Positions 1 through 12,100 of a stretch of DNA of 64,000 bases are shown here, piece by piece. The position numbers and the translations under genes were made by a program. Positions within the stretch are counted from its first letter, which is position 1, and every line of letters begins with the position of its first letter. The notes under the pieces were generated by a model. It worked only from the letters and a program-made list of their open reading frames with translations. It was not told the DNA's origin and searched no databases. The stretch lies in assembly GCA_965113315.1 (NCBI GenBank), contig OZ220375.1; one strand, 5' to 3'. The DNA is from Podarcis vaucheri (Eukaryota).

Positions 1-26
1 GTTAACTATATCTTCCTTTTTTAAAG

Positions 27-928
27 ATGCCGATGCCTGTGTCAATTGTCCAGAAGAACAGTGTCCTAACAAGGAACAAACTAAATGCATTCCAAAGGAT
101 GTGAACTACCTCTCTTACAAAGAAGATTTAGGGATCATCTTAACTATATTGGCAATTTCTTTCTGCTTGATCGCAAGTTTAGTACTTGGAATTTTTATGA
201 AGTACAAGGACACTCCCATAGTCAAAGCCAACAACCGAACCCTCACCTATATCCTTCTCATCTCCCTCCTCCTTTGCTTCCTCTGCTCCTTGCTCTTCAT
301 TGGACATCCTGGAAAGCTCATCTGCCTTCTCCAACAAACAGCCTTTGGTATCATATTCTCTGTGGCGCTTTCTTCTGTGTTGGCAAAGACCATCACTGTG
401 GTTCTGGCTTTCATGGCAACCAAACCAGGATCTGGAATGAGGAGATGGGTGGGGAAAAGAATGGCAGATTCTATTGTCCTTTCCTCTTCCTTGATTCAAG
501 TTGGCATTTGTACTCTTTGGTTAAGTACCTCTCCTCCTTTCCCAGATTTGGACATGAACTCATTGGATAGGGAAATCATAGTGGAATGTAATGATGGTTC
601 TGCTTTCATGTTTTACTGTGTCTTGGGCTACATGGGCTCACTGGCCATTGTCAGCTTTGTTGTGGCTTTCCTGGCTAGGAAGTTGCCCGACAGTTTCAAT
701 GAAGCCAAGTTCATCACTTTCAGCATGTTGGTGTTTTGCACTGTTTGGTTATCCTTTGTTCCAACCTATCTAAGCACCAAAGGGAAATATATGGTGGCTG
801 TAGAGGTCTTTTCCATCTTGTCCTCGAGTGCTGGGTTATTGGGCTGCATCTTCTTCCCTAAATGCTACATCATTCTGCTCAGGCCTGAGCTGAACAACCG
901 GGATCAATTAATAAGAAGAAGAAAATAA
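27..928 (+). CDS. V2R gene A (partial): terminal exon 6, end of cysteine-rich domain plus class C GPCR 7TM domain
   Basis: Acceptor ttttttaaAG at 25-26. Encodes [10 protein letters not shown]...[13 protein letters not shown]...[16 protein letters not shown]...[11 protein letters not shown]...PKCY. Stop at 926-928. Upstream exons lie outside the window. Confidence 0.93.
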
Positions 929-1728
929 AAAGAAGAAGAAATACATATCTTTTTGTTCATATAAGTATTCCCTTGGAAATGCTTATGCTAGGTGTATTTG
1001 TAATTCCTCTAATAACTAGCAAGGTTGGTGGGTCTCCCACATCAGCTACCATTGTAGCTGGAAATGAACCTTCCAAAAAACCTTAGTAGGACCACTGTCA
1101 TTCACACCATGGAGTTACACAGATCTCCTGGGCCCAGAACTCCTGTTCCCTATTCTGTTCCTTGCTCCTAGATACATATACTCAGTCAATTTATATGCTG
1201 TAAGCTCCATGGGGCTGCAATTTTGTCTGCTGTATCTTGCACAATTTTATTACTGCATTAATAAATTCTTTTTAACAATGACAAAATAATATTAATATCA
1301 ATAACTGTGGCAGACAATAATTGCATTTGTTCTGCTAAAGGAACTGGAGGAAGTTATTGATTTGTTTTGTTCTTTTACTTGTTTTTATTATGTATTTCGT
1401 GTTTTTGATCTTAAATTTTATGTTGCGAACCATCTTTAGATCTACATATGAAGGGTGATATACACATTTAATAAACAAAACAAAACAATATATAATATAC
1501 TTTTTTACATGAAAACACTCACTCTCAGATTTGCCAGGCTATAACTCACTATTGAAACACACTTATACCAAATCTGAATGGCTGTTGTGTGAACTCAATT
1601 CTAAGCAGAAGCATCCTACTCCAATAAGGCCATGTGCCATGTATTTCTAAATCTCCCTAAAAGATAAAGAAAAATAGTTGTAGAATTGGGAGGAGGCACT
1701 TCCTTGCAGTTTTGTGGTATATGATGTA

Positions 1729-2523
1729 AAGCCTCTCCTCCTTACAGAGGGGAGGAGTTATGAGCAGGAGCCATTTCCCACGTTGGCAGGGGGCGTTCCA
1801 GCCCCTCCCCAGCTGGCCTGTCTCCTGCACCACGCCCCCAGGTAGCCAAGCAATCAGGTGGAGGCTTGGGGTGGGGTTTAGCTGCTCAAATGCGGCCGCA
1901 GCAGCACTTCCTTTTCATTCTGCTGCTGGTTTTTGTCAGATCACCCACCCACCCTCCCTTTAGTTCATTGCTTGGTTCTTGACATTGCTACGGACTTGTG
2001 GTTGGTCACCTTGGTTGCCCAAGGGGCCTGGTAGGAATTTTTATCCGACTGGCAAATTGGCACCGGCCACTTAGTTTTTTGCCTACCTCGTAGCAAATTG
2101 TCACAACTTTTAGGTATTGGCGGTTAGGCATTGGAATATGTTTGTGTATTGGAGGGCTGGGTGTGGTCATTGCCTCCCCCTCCACTTTATGGTTATTCCG
2201 GTAAAGGAATCCAGTGGTCGTGGATCCTGTCTGATGCCCTTGCTGGTGGCTAGGGCCATGGCACAACCCCAGGTGACATCAGGAGGAGCTTTCAGTTATA
2301 TTTGCATCAACAGGTTGCTCCCACTGGTGATTAACCCTTGTTAGACTCACCCCCCCCCCCCGAGAGGGTGGAGTCACACTCTGTTGTTTTATCCAGTGCC
2401 TAAGCCAATACCTCTCACATGCTGTAATCAATAAAGGTGTGGCCTTTTTTAGCCCATTAACCTAATATACTGTGTCCATGTGTCTTTCTTATCCCCAAGC
2501 AGGTGGCAGGTCTTTGAATCACA
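1729..2523 (+). mobile_element. ORF-less ~0.8 kb insertion, probable non-autonomous relative of Ngaro/DIRS tyrosine-recombinase retroelements
   Basis: Absent at the paralogous site (~14360-14385). No clear TSD. Shares a structured motif and the AATAAAG(G/T)TGTGGCC 3' signal with the YR element at 39930-46372. Confidence 0.65.
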
Positions 2524-3110
2524 ACTTCAAATGCCAGTAGCACTCTGGGGAAGTGATCATCATCCCATCATTGTTCAAATTACTGTTTTGCATCCTCTGA
2601 CAGAATAGATTTTCAGAGGCCAATAACAAGATCAACAATCAGCATCTTAAAAGGCTATATAATCTTCATATGGTTCACAACTGAATCCTAGCACAGGAAG
2701 AGCTTTGCTAATCTTTTGTGTGACTGTTTCCACTTCATATGTCAACCTATAACCCCAGCAGCTGATTCAACTATACTTTTTTAGAATAAAATTCAAGAAA
2801 TGTATTCTAGAGTATCTCTGCTTCTCATCCCTTTTTTGTCGGCTGATGATTTTCCACTTGTCCATTTCTTCCTGTGAAAAACTGGACCTCTTTAATTAGG
2901 CATGTGAAAAGGGAGCAATTATTAACTTTGCTACCAGGTTACTCGTGCAGAGCTAATCTAAGAATTTCAGCTATAAAACTGTGTGTACCAACAGAATCAT
3001 TACCATTCAAGGGAGGCTGTAACAAAATTTACAATACTAACACATTGTGCTGCACAATAAATAGTATTGATAGAAATCCAATAGTTGGAAACACAGAGAT
3101 CTATGCTGGG

Positions 3111-6100
3111 ATGGAAAACATTTTCAACAGGATCTGGGTGATGGTGATGTTGCTACTTGTACTCCTGTGCCAAAGTGTATGCATGACAAACCTGATTAAT
3201 TGCACCATGTTTGATGATCGTCTCCTGATTCCTCATGGATTTTATCAACCAGGAGACCTCCTCATTGGAGGGATTGTTTCTCAGGTCTTATTCCTCTATA
3301 ATAACCTTTCTTTCATGGAACAGCCTGCAAAGATCTTGATTAATGAACCCATGTAAAGCATCATCTTTTCTCTCTCTCTCTCTCTTTCTCTCCTCTGCCC
3401 CTTTATTTATCTCTCTGCCTGTAATATAGGCTCTTCCTGAGCCCATAGTGACTCAGAATGCAACATTAAGAAAAATTGTGCTAAAGTAAAATCATTTAGC
3501 TTTTAGTGTGAGTGTATCTTGCCAAGGCTATTCCCATTTTATACAAGGATAAGCTCAGAATGATCTATATCTCTGTTGAGAATATGTTTGTGTTATTTGT
3601 GTTTGGAAATACAATCTGGTCTTGCACATACTATTTGAATTTGAAAGTGTGCACACACATTATTGTACAGGGACATGCTTTTAAAAATATTATTTTGGAG
3701 TTGGCCCTATGCTGGGTCTGTATAGATTATATTTAAAATATAGATGAATTCATGGAAGCTTGTAGGCTCTCCTTTGTACTTTCCACATGCAATATCTTTT
3801 CTCATTTCACTTCTTTTGAGTATATACACTGCAACTGAATTAAAATATATCTGACCCCTGATATCATAAATGATCCAGATCAGTTGCCTGACTTACTTGT
3901 TATTATGTAGATTTAATGTTTGATTTAATCTGCTGCTAAATAGATTTTCAATAATAAATGTACTAAATGAAATAAATGTGTATGGAGAAGGCAAAAGATA
4001 CTCCTATTCTGCTTCTAAGAAGAAGTGGAGAGAGCAATTTGATCAACAATTAGATTGTCTCCAAACTTTTGCTCCCTTTAGACTACCACTTCTCCTGAGT
4101 AGTTAGTACTTACTGAGTTCTACTCAAAGTAGACTCATTAAAATGAAAAAAGTCCTATCTGAGTTGTGCCCATTAATTCAGTGGGTCTATTCTGACTAAT
4201 TTTGGTTCCTCCTCGGCAGTTTTATACTACATTTAACTTTTGAAATGATGTCAATAAATGAATATTATAAATTCAACAAATTGTTATTGTTGTTGTTATT
4301 TGATTAAAGAGCCTGTAACTCTAATTGCAGTTCAGTGCCTAAGAACTACCAGCATATCATGGCTTTCGCATTTGCTGTAAAAGAGATAAATGAGAATCTC
4401 AACATTTTATCAAATGTTTCCCTGGGGTTCCACATCCTCAATAGCTACTACACTGCAGGAATGACTTATAAGGCCACACTGAACCTGCTTTCCACACAAC
4501 AGAGGTTTGTCACCAACTTCAAGTGTCACCACCTGAGCAAGCTGATAGCTCTCATTGGAGGATGTATCTCTGAGATCTCTGCCAACGTAGCCATTATTTC
4601 TGCAATCCACAAAATTCCACAGGTAAGTTGTATGCATGAGAGTATAGGGATTCAACAACTTTGCGCATTGCCTTGATTTCTGTAAAACAGATGACTTCTT
4701 GTGATATTTTATTTAGCAATTCTTTAGCACATTCTCTTGAATAGCTTAGATGAAACTGGGAAGCACTAATAGGCAGATGACAGAAAACAGGGAGTGATAG
4801 TAGCCAGAGCAACTTAAACCCCCAATTTGTCATGCTTGGAGAGGGGTGTTGGATGGAACAGAGGTTTCCTTCCAGCTAGTGTTGGTTAGACAAAAAATAT
4901 GGTGTTTTTTGCATATGGACAAATTCCTCAATGCAACAAACTGAGGAGGGGGCTATAAAACAATGTGTCTGTTATTTGACATCATATGAACTCAAATTTA
5001 TCTACAGTTTATTTCAATATAACTGTTACATGAAAATCTCATACCAACTAGGTTCTACATTTTGGAGGTGTGATTGATAAAACTAAATAAAAATAAAAAA
5101 ATTCCTTCCAGTAGCACCTTAAAGACCAACTAAGTTAGTTCTTGGTATGAGCTTTCATGTGCATGCACACTTCTTCAGATACACTGAAACAGAAGTTGCC
5201 AGATCCTTCTATATACTGAGAAGGTGGGGAGGGGTATTACTCAGAAGGGTGGTGGGAATGGGAGATTGGCAGGTAGCTGAGATGAGCCTGTTGACGACTC
5301 TTAACGGCTGTAATAGGTCTTACAGGAAAGGGCAAGGGGTGAGAAGGTGAGAAATGGCTTAATCATGTATAATGAGATAAGAATCCAATGTCTTTGTTCA
5401 GACCAGGTCTCTCCATGGTTTTAAGTTTGGTAACTGTGTCTAAAACTCCATACTTCTGTTAGAAGCTAGTGAATGCCCAATTTCAACTAAAGCATGGTGG
5501 GCTGCCCTAAAACATTGGCTCAGGATTGTAGTGTTTGATCTAGGGAAGGGTCTGTATCAACACCTGACCAGTGAGGAGTTTGTCAGCAATTGGCAGAAAA
5601 CCATGGCAAAAAAGCCACCTCTATTGGTCTTTCACACACACACCCCAAACTCTATTACCTGGGTTGTGAAGGTGCCCTAAAGACATTAAAGCAAAGATTA
5701 TGGGATAGAGGATTCCTAGGTAAGATCCTCCCTCTATTGTGTGGGCAGGTAATCCCTCCCCTACCTGGCCTGGTCTCCTTGGCAACGCTTCCCCCAGGTG
5801 GGATTGGACAACTCACTGAGGTAGGTGGAGACCTCCAGGTATCACACCTGAGGGAAGGCAAAGCCAAGCCTATGCTGTTGGAGCCGCTCCAGATCTAGGG
5901 GCTGCACGCGTCCACGCAAAGGGTGCCCCCCATTTTAAGTGGGGAGCGGTCATTATGGGATAATACACACAGTGACTTGAAATCCTGATCACACAGAGTC
6001 TGTAGTCCGTTGGCAGTAGGAATACAATATGGGCATGTCTTAAAGTTAACACCTTACATTAAAAACCTGGCAGTACCAAATTAGCGAAGGTTATTCACCA

Positions 6101-9100
6101 AAGCCATACTAAACATCTTTCCTTCTGCAGTGTTGGATGGCAGGTTGAGAGCAGTTCACTACCAGGACAGACTTTGCTCGTGTGCTCAAGACATCAATTC
6201 TATAAAACATATTTTGCTGCACTGTGCGAAATACAAGCAAGCCAGGGCTGAACAGATATTACCCTTGCTGGTACCTTTCCTGGGAAAACCAGAGGTTCAC
6301 TATGTCAAGTTACTATTGGAAGACCCGACAAACACTAGAACATTAGCAGTGGTGAAGTTTTTATCGGTAGTTGCAAGAACCAATCATCCCTATCTTTGAG
6401 TCTGAACAAAATGCTTGTTTAACCTGGTGGTAGGCTGTCTGAATTATGTATTGCTTTGTAATAAAGATGGATGATATATTTTATTTCAGCTTACTTATGG
6501 ATCATTTTTGCCTGTAAAAAATATCAGAATGCAATTCCCATTTTTATACCAGATGGTTCCAAATGAAGCTCATCAGCACATGGGAGTTGTTCTGTTACTT
6601 CAGCATTTCAGATGGACATGGGTTGGGCTCTTGGCTGTGGCTGATGACAAAGGGGACCAGTTTCTACAGACCATGGTACCAATGCTTTCTCAGAATGGCA
6701 TCTGTTCTGCCTTCATAGATAGAATACCAAAACGGGCATATTTTGATGAGTTGATTGACTTGATGATAAAGCACTGGGTAAGTTATGTAATCGTCAGTGA
6801 CAAAAAAGCAAATGCATTATTTGTATATGGAGAACCACCGTCTTTTCAGATTTTGAGAGTATTACTGTTTCTAGCACCTTTCTTGTCACTTCCACCTCTG
6901 TGTAAAGTATGGATTATTACATCCCACTGGGATTTTGCATCACTGTCTGTTCAGAAGATATGGGATATACAAACCTTCCATGGTGCCATATCATTCACAG
7001 TTCACTCAAAACAGCCCCAAGGATTCCAAAAGTTTATTCAGATGATTAAACCTTCCTGGGTTAAAGGAGATGGTTTTGTCCAGGACTTCTGGGAACAGGC
7101 ATTCAGCTGTTCATTAAAAGTGTACAACGCACTAGAAGAGAGAAAGAAAGTGTGCACTGGAGAAGAGAAACTGGAGAGCCTTTCTGGAATTTTGTTTGAA
7201 GGGAAGATGACTGGTCACAGCTACAATGTCTACAATGCTGTCTATGCTGTGGCACATGCTTTAAATAAAATCAGTTCCCAACATCGGAGCGTCAGAGGGA
7301 GTCTGAAACTTCAGGATGTGCAACCATGGCAGGTAATTGCAGCTTAAAGAACAATAGTTAAGATTATGATGCAGAAGTAAAGGTAAGTTCTCCTCATTTT
7401 TCTTTTTGTCAATCTATTTGGATAATTCCTTCTAACCCCAATGTGAAGTAGTGATCTATTCATTATTTTAATTCATCGCTACTCATGTTTATAGAGCCCT
7501 GTCAGGGGAAAAGGTGAAAGATTATGATAATAATCTTCCGGGTTGGTGCCTTCGGCAATGGCGGAGTTCCTCTGATTGGGAGGAATTTGCCCCGTGGGAA
7601 TTTGGGTCTGTACTGCCACGGCGAAGGCGGAGACCAGTAAAAATCACAGGCGTGAGAAGCCTGTGAACGTAGGATTCAGCAGGCACCTTTTGCGCCTCCC
7701 CTACTCACGGGGAAACCCGGTTTCAGGGATCCAGAGCGATGTGGGGTGAGTGGCGCGGTGCTTCGAATCGTCTGCTTCTTCCACGGAGCGAAGCTGCATA
7801 GCTGTTGTCAGAGAGCACTGACTTTTTCCTGTGGACAATTTGACTCTAAAGTAATTACCCTTGAGTAGAGCTGAATTGGGAAGAATTGGATTTTTAAATG
7901 TTTAATCTGGCATCGAAACGGGGAGGTTCAATACAGGAAGTCCGCCTCCCCCTTTTGTAGATAAACTGAAGCAAGGAGGCTGCAAGCTAAAGTCTTGGAA
8001 AGCCTTTTGTAAAGGTGGATTTGGAAATATGGACAAATCAGAAATTGTTACTGTTGGGCCGAGTTACTGTGGTGGGGATGAGGGCTGCTGTGTTGCTGGG
8101 GATGTTGCTTTTGTTTCAAACATTGCAAGCTTTGGATGGGATGGGATGGATTGTTTCAGGGGGTGGCAGAGGGATGTTTTTGGAGTTGTTTGGCAGGGCA
8201 GGAAGCCTCGAGTAAAACTTAAGATATTGATGGATGCTAAAGAAGGAGGTGGACCTGCCCTGTCAGACCTTTAAATTTCGTTGTGAACCATCTGCTTTTT
8301 GCTGGTTGAGAGAATGGTTGCTTCTTGAAAGCACTGAAGTGTTGGACAATGGCATACAAAGTTGATGGACTATATGGAATTGGCGGAAATGACTGGCAAG
8401 ATCCGAGACCAGGGAGAAGAGTCGGTGGAAGAAGATTGGAAAAAGTTTAAAGACTATCTATAGAAATATTGTAAAATTAAGGAATGTTAGAAAAATGATG
8501 GAATGAAGTTATATGGCTTTAGTAGAAATGTCATAAGGAATTAAGTATAAATAGATTAATAGAAAATTAAAGGAAAAATAAGGCAAGAATGTGTTAAGAT
8601 AATTATAGGATAGAAAACAGAGCAAGATGGAAAGGAATTGCTGAAACAATTAATAGAAGTGGAATACAAAAAGTGAGGTGTGAGGAGGTCGTTGGAAATA
8701 AGTGAATGAAATATAAGATATTGAAAATGTTTGAGGTGTTTTTAAATTGTGTTGGGTTTTTTTGCTTTGTTTTGTTAGTCCATGTAGCGTTTTTGTATTG
8801 TATTTGTACTGTTTTTTCTCTTTTCTTTTTTGTTTGTAGTGTTGTGTTGGAAATGTTGAAAAAGTAATAAATATCATTTTTTTAAAAAAAAAAAGATTAT
8901 GATAATGATGGTAGATAGAAATATGCCATCAAATACATTATCCCAAAAAGAGTTTGACAACTCTTTGTGTAGTTCTTGGAAATGTTTTTTTTTAATTATT
9001 TTTATTTATGATTTTCAGGTTTAAACATTTCAATAATTTTGCAGTCATTTTAACATTTCAGACTTGACTTCCTTCCCCCACTTTCTGTGGTTCCTTAAAT

Positions 9101-12100
9101 TTATTTTTATTAACTTCTACATATCCAAATTAACTTAATTTGTTCATTTATTCTTCTACTTTAAATATATATTCTTATGAAACAGCAGGTTATTACGATA
9201 ATCCTGCCAATGTTCTTTTCTGCTTACAATTTGTCTGTAAATATTCAATAAACCATTTCCATCCTTTTATAAAAAGTTTGTTATCTTGATTTCCTATTTT
9301 TCCAGTAAATTTTGCCATTTCTGCATATTGCATAAGTTTTTGTTCATTCTTCCTTTGCTGGGACTTCTACTTCTTTCTGTTTTGGAGCAAGTAACATTCT
9401 TGCCACTGTAGTAGCATACATGAATACATTTCTGTACAGTTTGGGTAGTTCTGTCCCTTTAATTCCCAAAAGGAAAGCTTCTAGGTTTTTTACAAATGTT
9501 AATTTAAACATCCTTTTCAATTCATTATATATTATTTCTTGGAAATGGTTTCAAGACTTTGCTGTCTCTTTGTTCACATTCTTTTCATTTTAGGTTCATC
9601 ACATTCTAAGGAGGATTGCATTCAACAACAGTGAAGGAGATACTGTGTCTTTTGATGAAAATGGTGAATTAGTTACAAGTTTTGATATTACAAACTGGCT
9701 GATGTTCCCCAATGGCTCTGTGGTTCGAGTGAAAGTTGGCAGGCTGGAACCTCAGGCACCTCAAGGCAAACAGTTAGCTATCAATGATGATCAAATTGTG
9801 TGGCATCAAAGTTTTAACCAGGTGAGAAACATCTATAAGTGCTTGGTTACAAGTAAGAGCCAACTGACTCACGTCACAGTGCAGAACCAAAAGAGTACTC
9901 GCCTTTTTGGTCCCTTGCTCTGGTGCGGCCAGTGCAGGGAGCAAAATTGGGGCATTCAGGATTGGAATCAGAAGCAATGGCTGTCCCAGTTAGCTTGGAA
10001 CATTGAGGGATCTGGGGAACTACAGCAAAAGAGGCCCATTCTTGTGTTGCTGCCCTCTGGACCTCTTGTGGAGGGAGCAAATGAAGTGCATCAGATGATG
10101 ATTGCAGGGTCTGGGTCAGTTCATATAGGAAGATATTGTCCTTGAGGTCTTGAGTCATTTAAGGTCAAAACTAGCACTTTGAATTGGCCCTGGAAACAAA
10201 TTGGCAGGCAGTGCAGGCAGACCAGGATCAATGTAATATGCCCAAACCATGTTGCCCCAGTGAGCAGTTTTTGTGCCAAAACTGGGCCTAAACCCCAAAT
10301 GAAATGGATCTAGAAAATCAGTTTCCTCCCAGATTGCCTGGATCTGGTCCACAACTACCCACTCAAGAACCTTGCCCAAGAAGGGGAGATTGGCCACTGG
10401 CTGGTAACTACTTAGATTTTCCTAATTCATGGAGGGCTTCATAAGGTGGAACCTTTGCCTCTCAAAAGGAGGCATTAATTACTTCCCTAGCCCACCCAGC
10501 TGTCCCTTCTCTGCAAGTATTTATAAGCCACGAGGAGCAACGGGTCACAGTGCAAGTGGTTATCCTGACTGATACAAACATGTTGTCCAAATCCTCAGAT
10601 ATTTTGCAGACCTGCTGTTCTCAAAACACATCACTAATAGTATTTAATGCATATGAACAGGTGCTGCCACTTTCCATTTGCAATGAGAACTGCTACCCAG
10701 GTTATAGCAGAAAAAAGAAAGAGGGGGAGAAATTTTGCTGCTATGATTGTGCTCCATGTCCAGAAGGGATGATCTCTCACCAGAAGGGTAGGAGAAATAA
10801 TGAACAGAAATATCAAGGAAGTTCTGTAATGCATCATCTTTTTATTTACTTGTTTAGATTATATGTTCCTTGAAATTATAGAAAGGTTTTGGCTGGTTTG
10901 CCAGCCATCCCATCATCAAAAGCAGAAGGAAATGTGCCCCTCTTGAACATGCCCAGTTAACAACTTCCAACCTATATTACCCCTGCCCCAAAATGCAATG
11001 ACAGCTACTCTTACTTGAAATTAACAAAGCTATATTTATTCAACCAAATAGGTTTAGCAGCCTGCAAAGGGTAAATAGGTCAAGTTTTTAAGATGCATGA
11101 GCAAGGAAAGTTGTTCATAACCAAACAGAAGCTATGAAGATCCTCCAAGAGTTGAAATGCCCCTTGTACAGAGCTTTTAAAGATGAGACAGAGCAAGCTC
11201 ACTCATGGAAATCCCTTGTCGTCAGTTCTGCTGAATGTGTGCTCCATTAGGTGTGTGTCAAGGGGTGGATTCCCTCTGATCCCACCTATAAAGCTGGTGT
11301 CTGGCTCCTGGCAGCAAGATTGTTTCCTACCCTCTGTCTCCAGCTATGCTACCACCTCATCCTGTTGGCTAGTTGGCTAGCTGAAGTAGCTAGAGCTATT
11401 GTGGAAATATGTATTTTTATTTGCCTGCATAAGTCAAGTTTTCAGCAGCCATATAAATGTAGAAATAGAAAGTACCTCACAGCTGTTAACTATATCTTCC
11501 TTTTTTAAAGATGCCGATGCCTGTGTCAATTGTCCAGAAGAACAGTGTCCTAACAAGGAACAAACTAAATGCATTCCAAAGGATGTGAACTACCTCTCTT
11601 ACAAAGAAGATTTAGGGATCATCTTAACTATATTGGCAATTTCTTTCTGCTTGATCACAAGTTTAGTACTTGGAATTTTTATGAAGTACAAGGATACTCC
11701 CATAGTCAAAGCCAACAACCGAACCCTCACCTATATCCTCCTCATCTCCCTCCTCCTTTGCTTCCTCTGCTCCTTGCTCTTCATTGGACATCCTGGAAAG
11801 CTCATCTGCCTTCTCCGACAAACAGCCTTTGGTATCATATTCTCTGTGGCCCTTTCTTCTGTGTTGGCAAAGACCATCACTGTGGTTCTGGCTTTCATGG
11901 CAACCAAACCAGGATCTGGAATGAGGAGATGGGTGGGGAAAAGAATGGCAGATTCTATTGTCCTTTCCTCTTCCTTGATTCAATTTGGCATTTGTACTCT
12001 TTGGTTAAGTACCTCTCCTCCTTTCCCAGATTTGGACATGTACTCATTGGCTAGGGAAATCATAGTGGAATGTAATGATGGTTCTGCTTTCATGTTTTAC

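Noticed and set aside
85-570. Recurrent alternative-frame and antisense ORFs over the 7TM and other exons
   Set aside because: Shadow frames of paralogous V2R exons, with variable ends among copies.
2874-3110. 79-codon N-terminal extension of the exon 1 ORF (also 14725-14961)
   Set aside because: It starts at GTG in the ORF track, has no counterpart in D-G, would bury the signal peptide, and its conservation is explained by B/C sequence identity.
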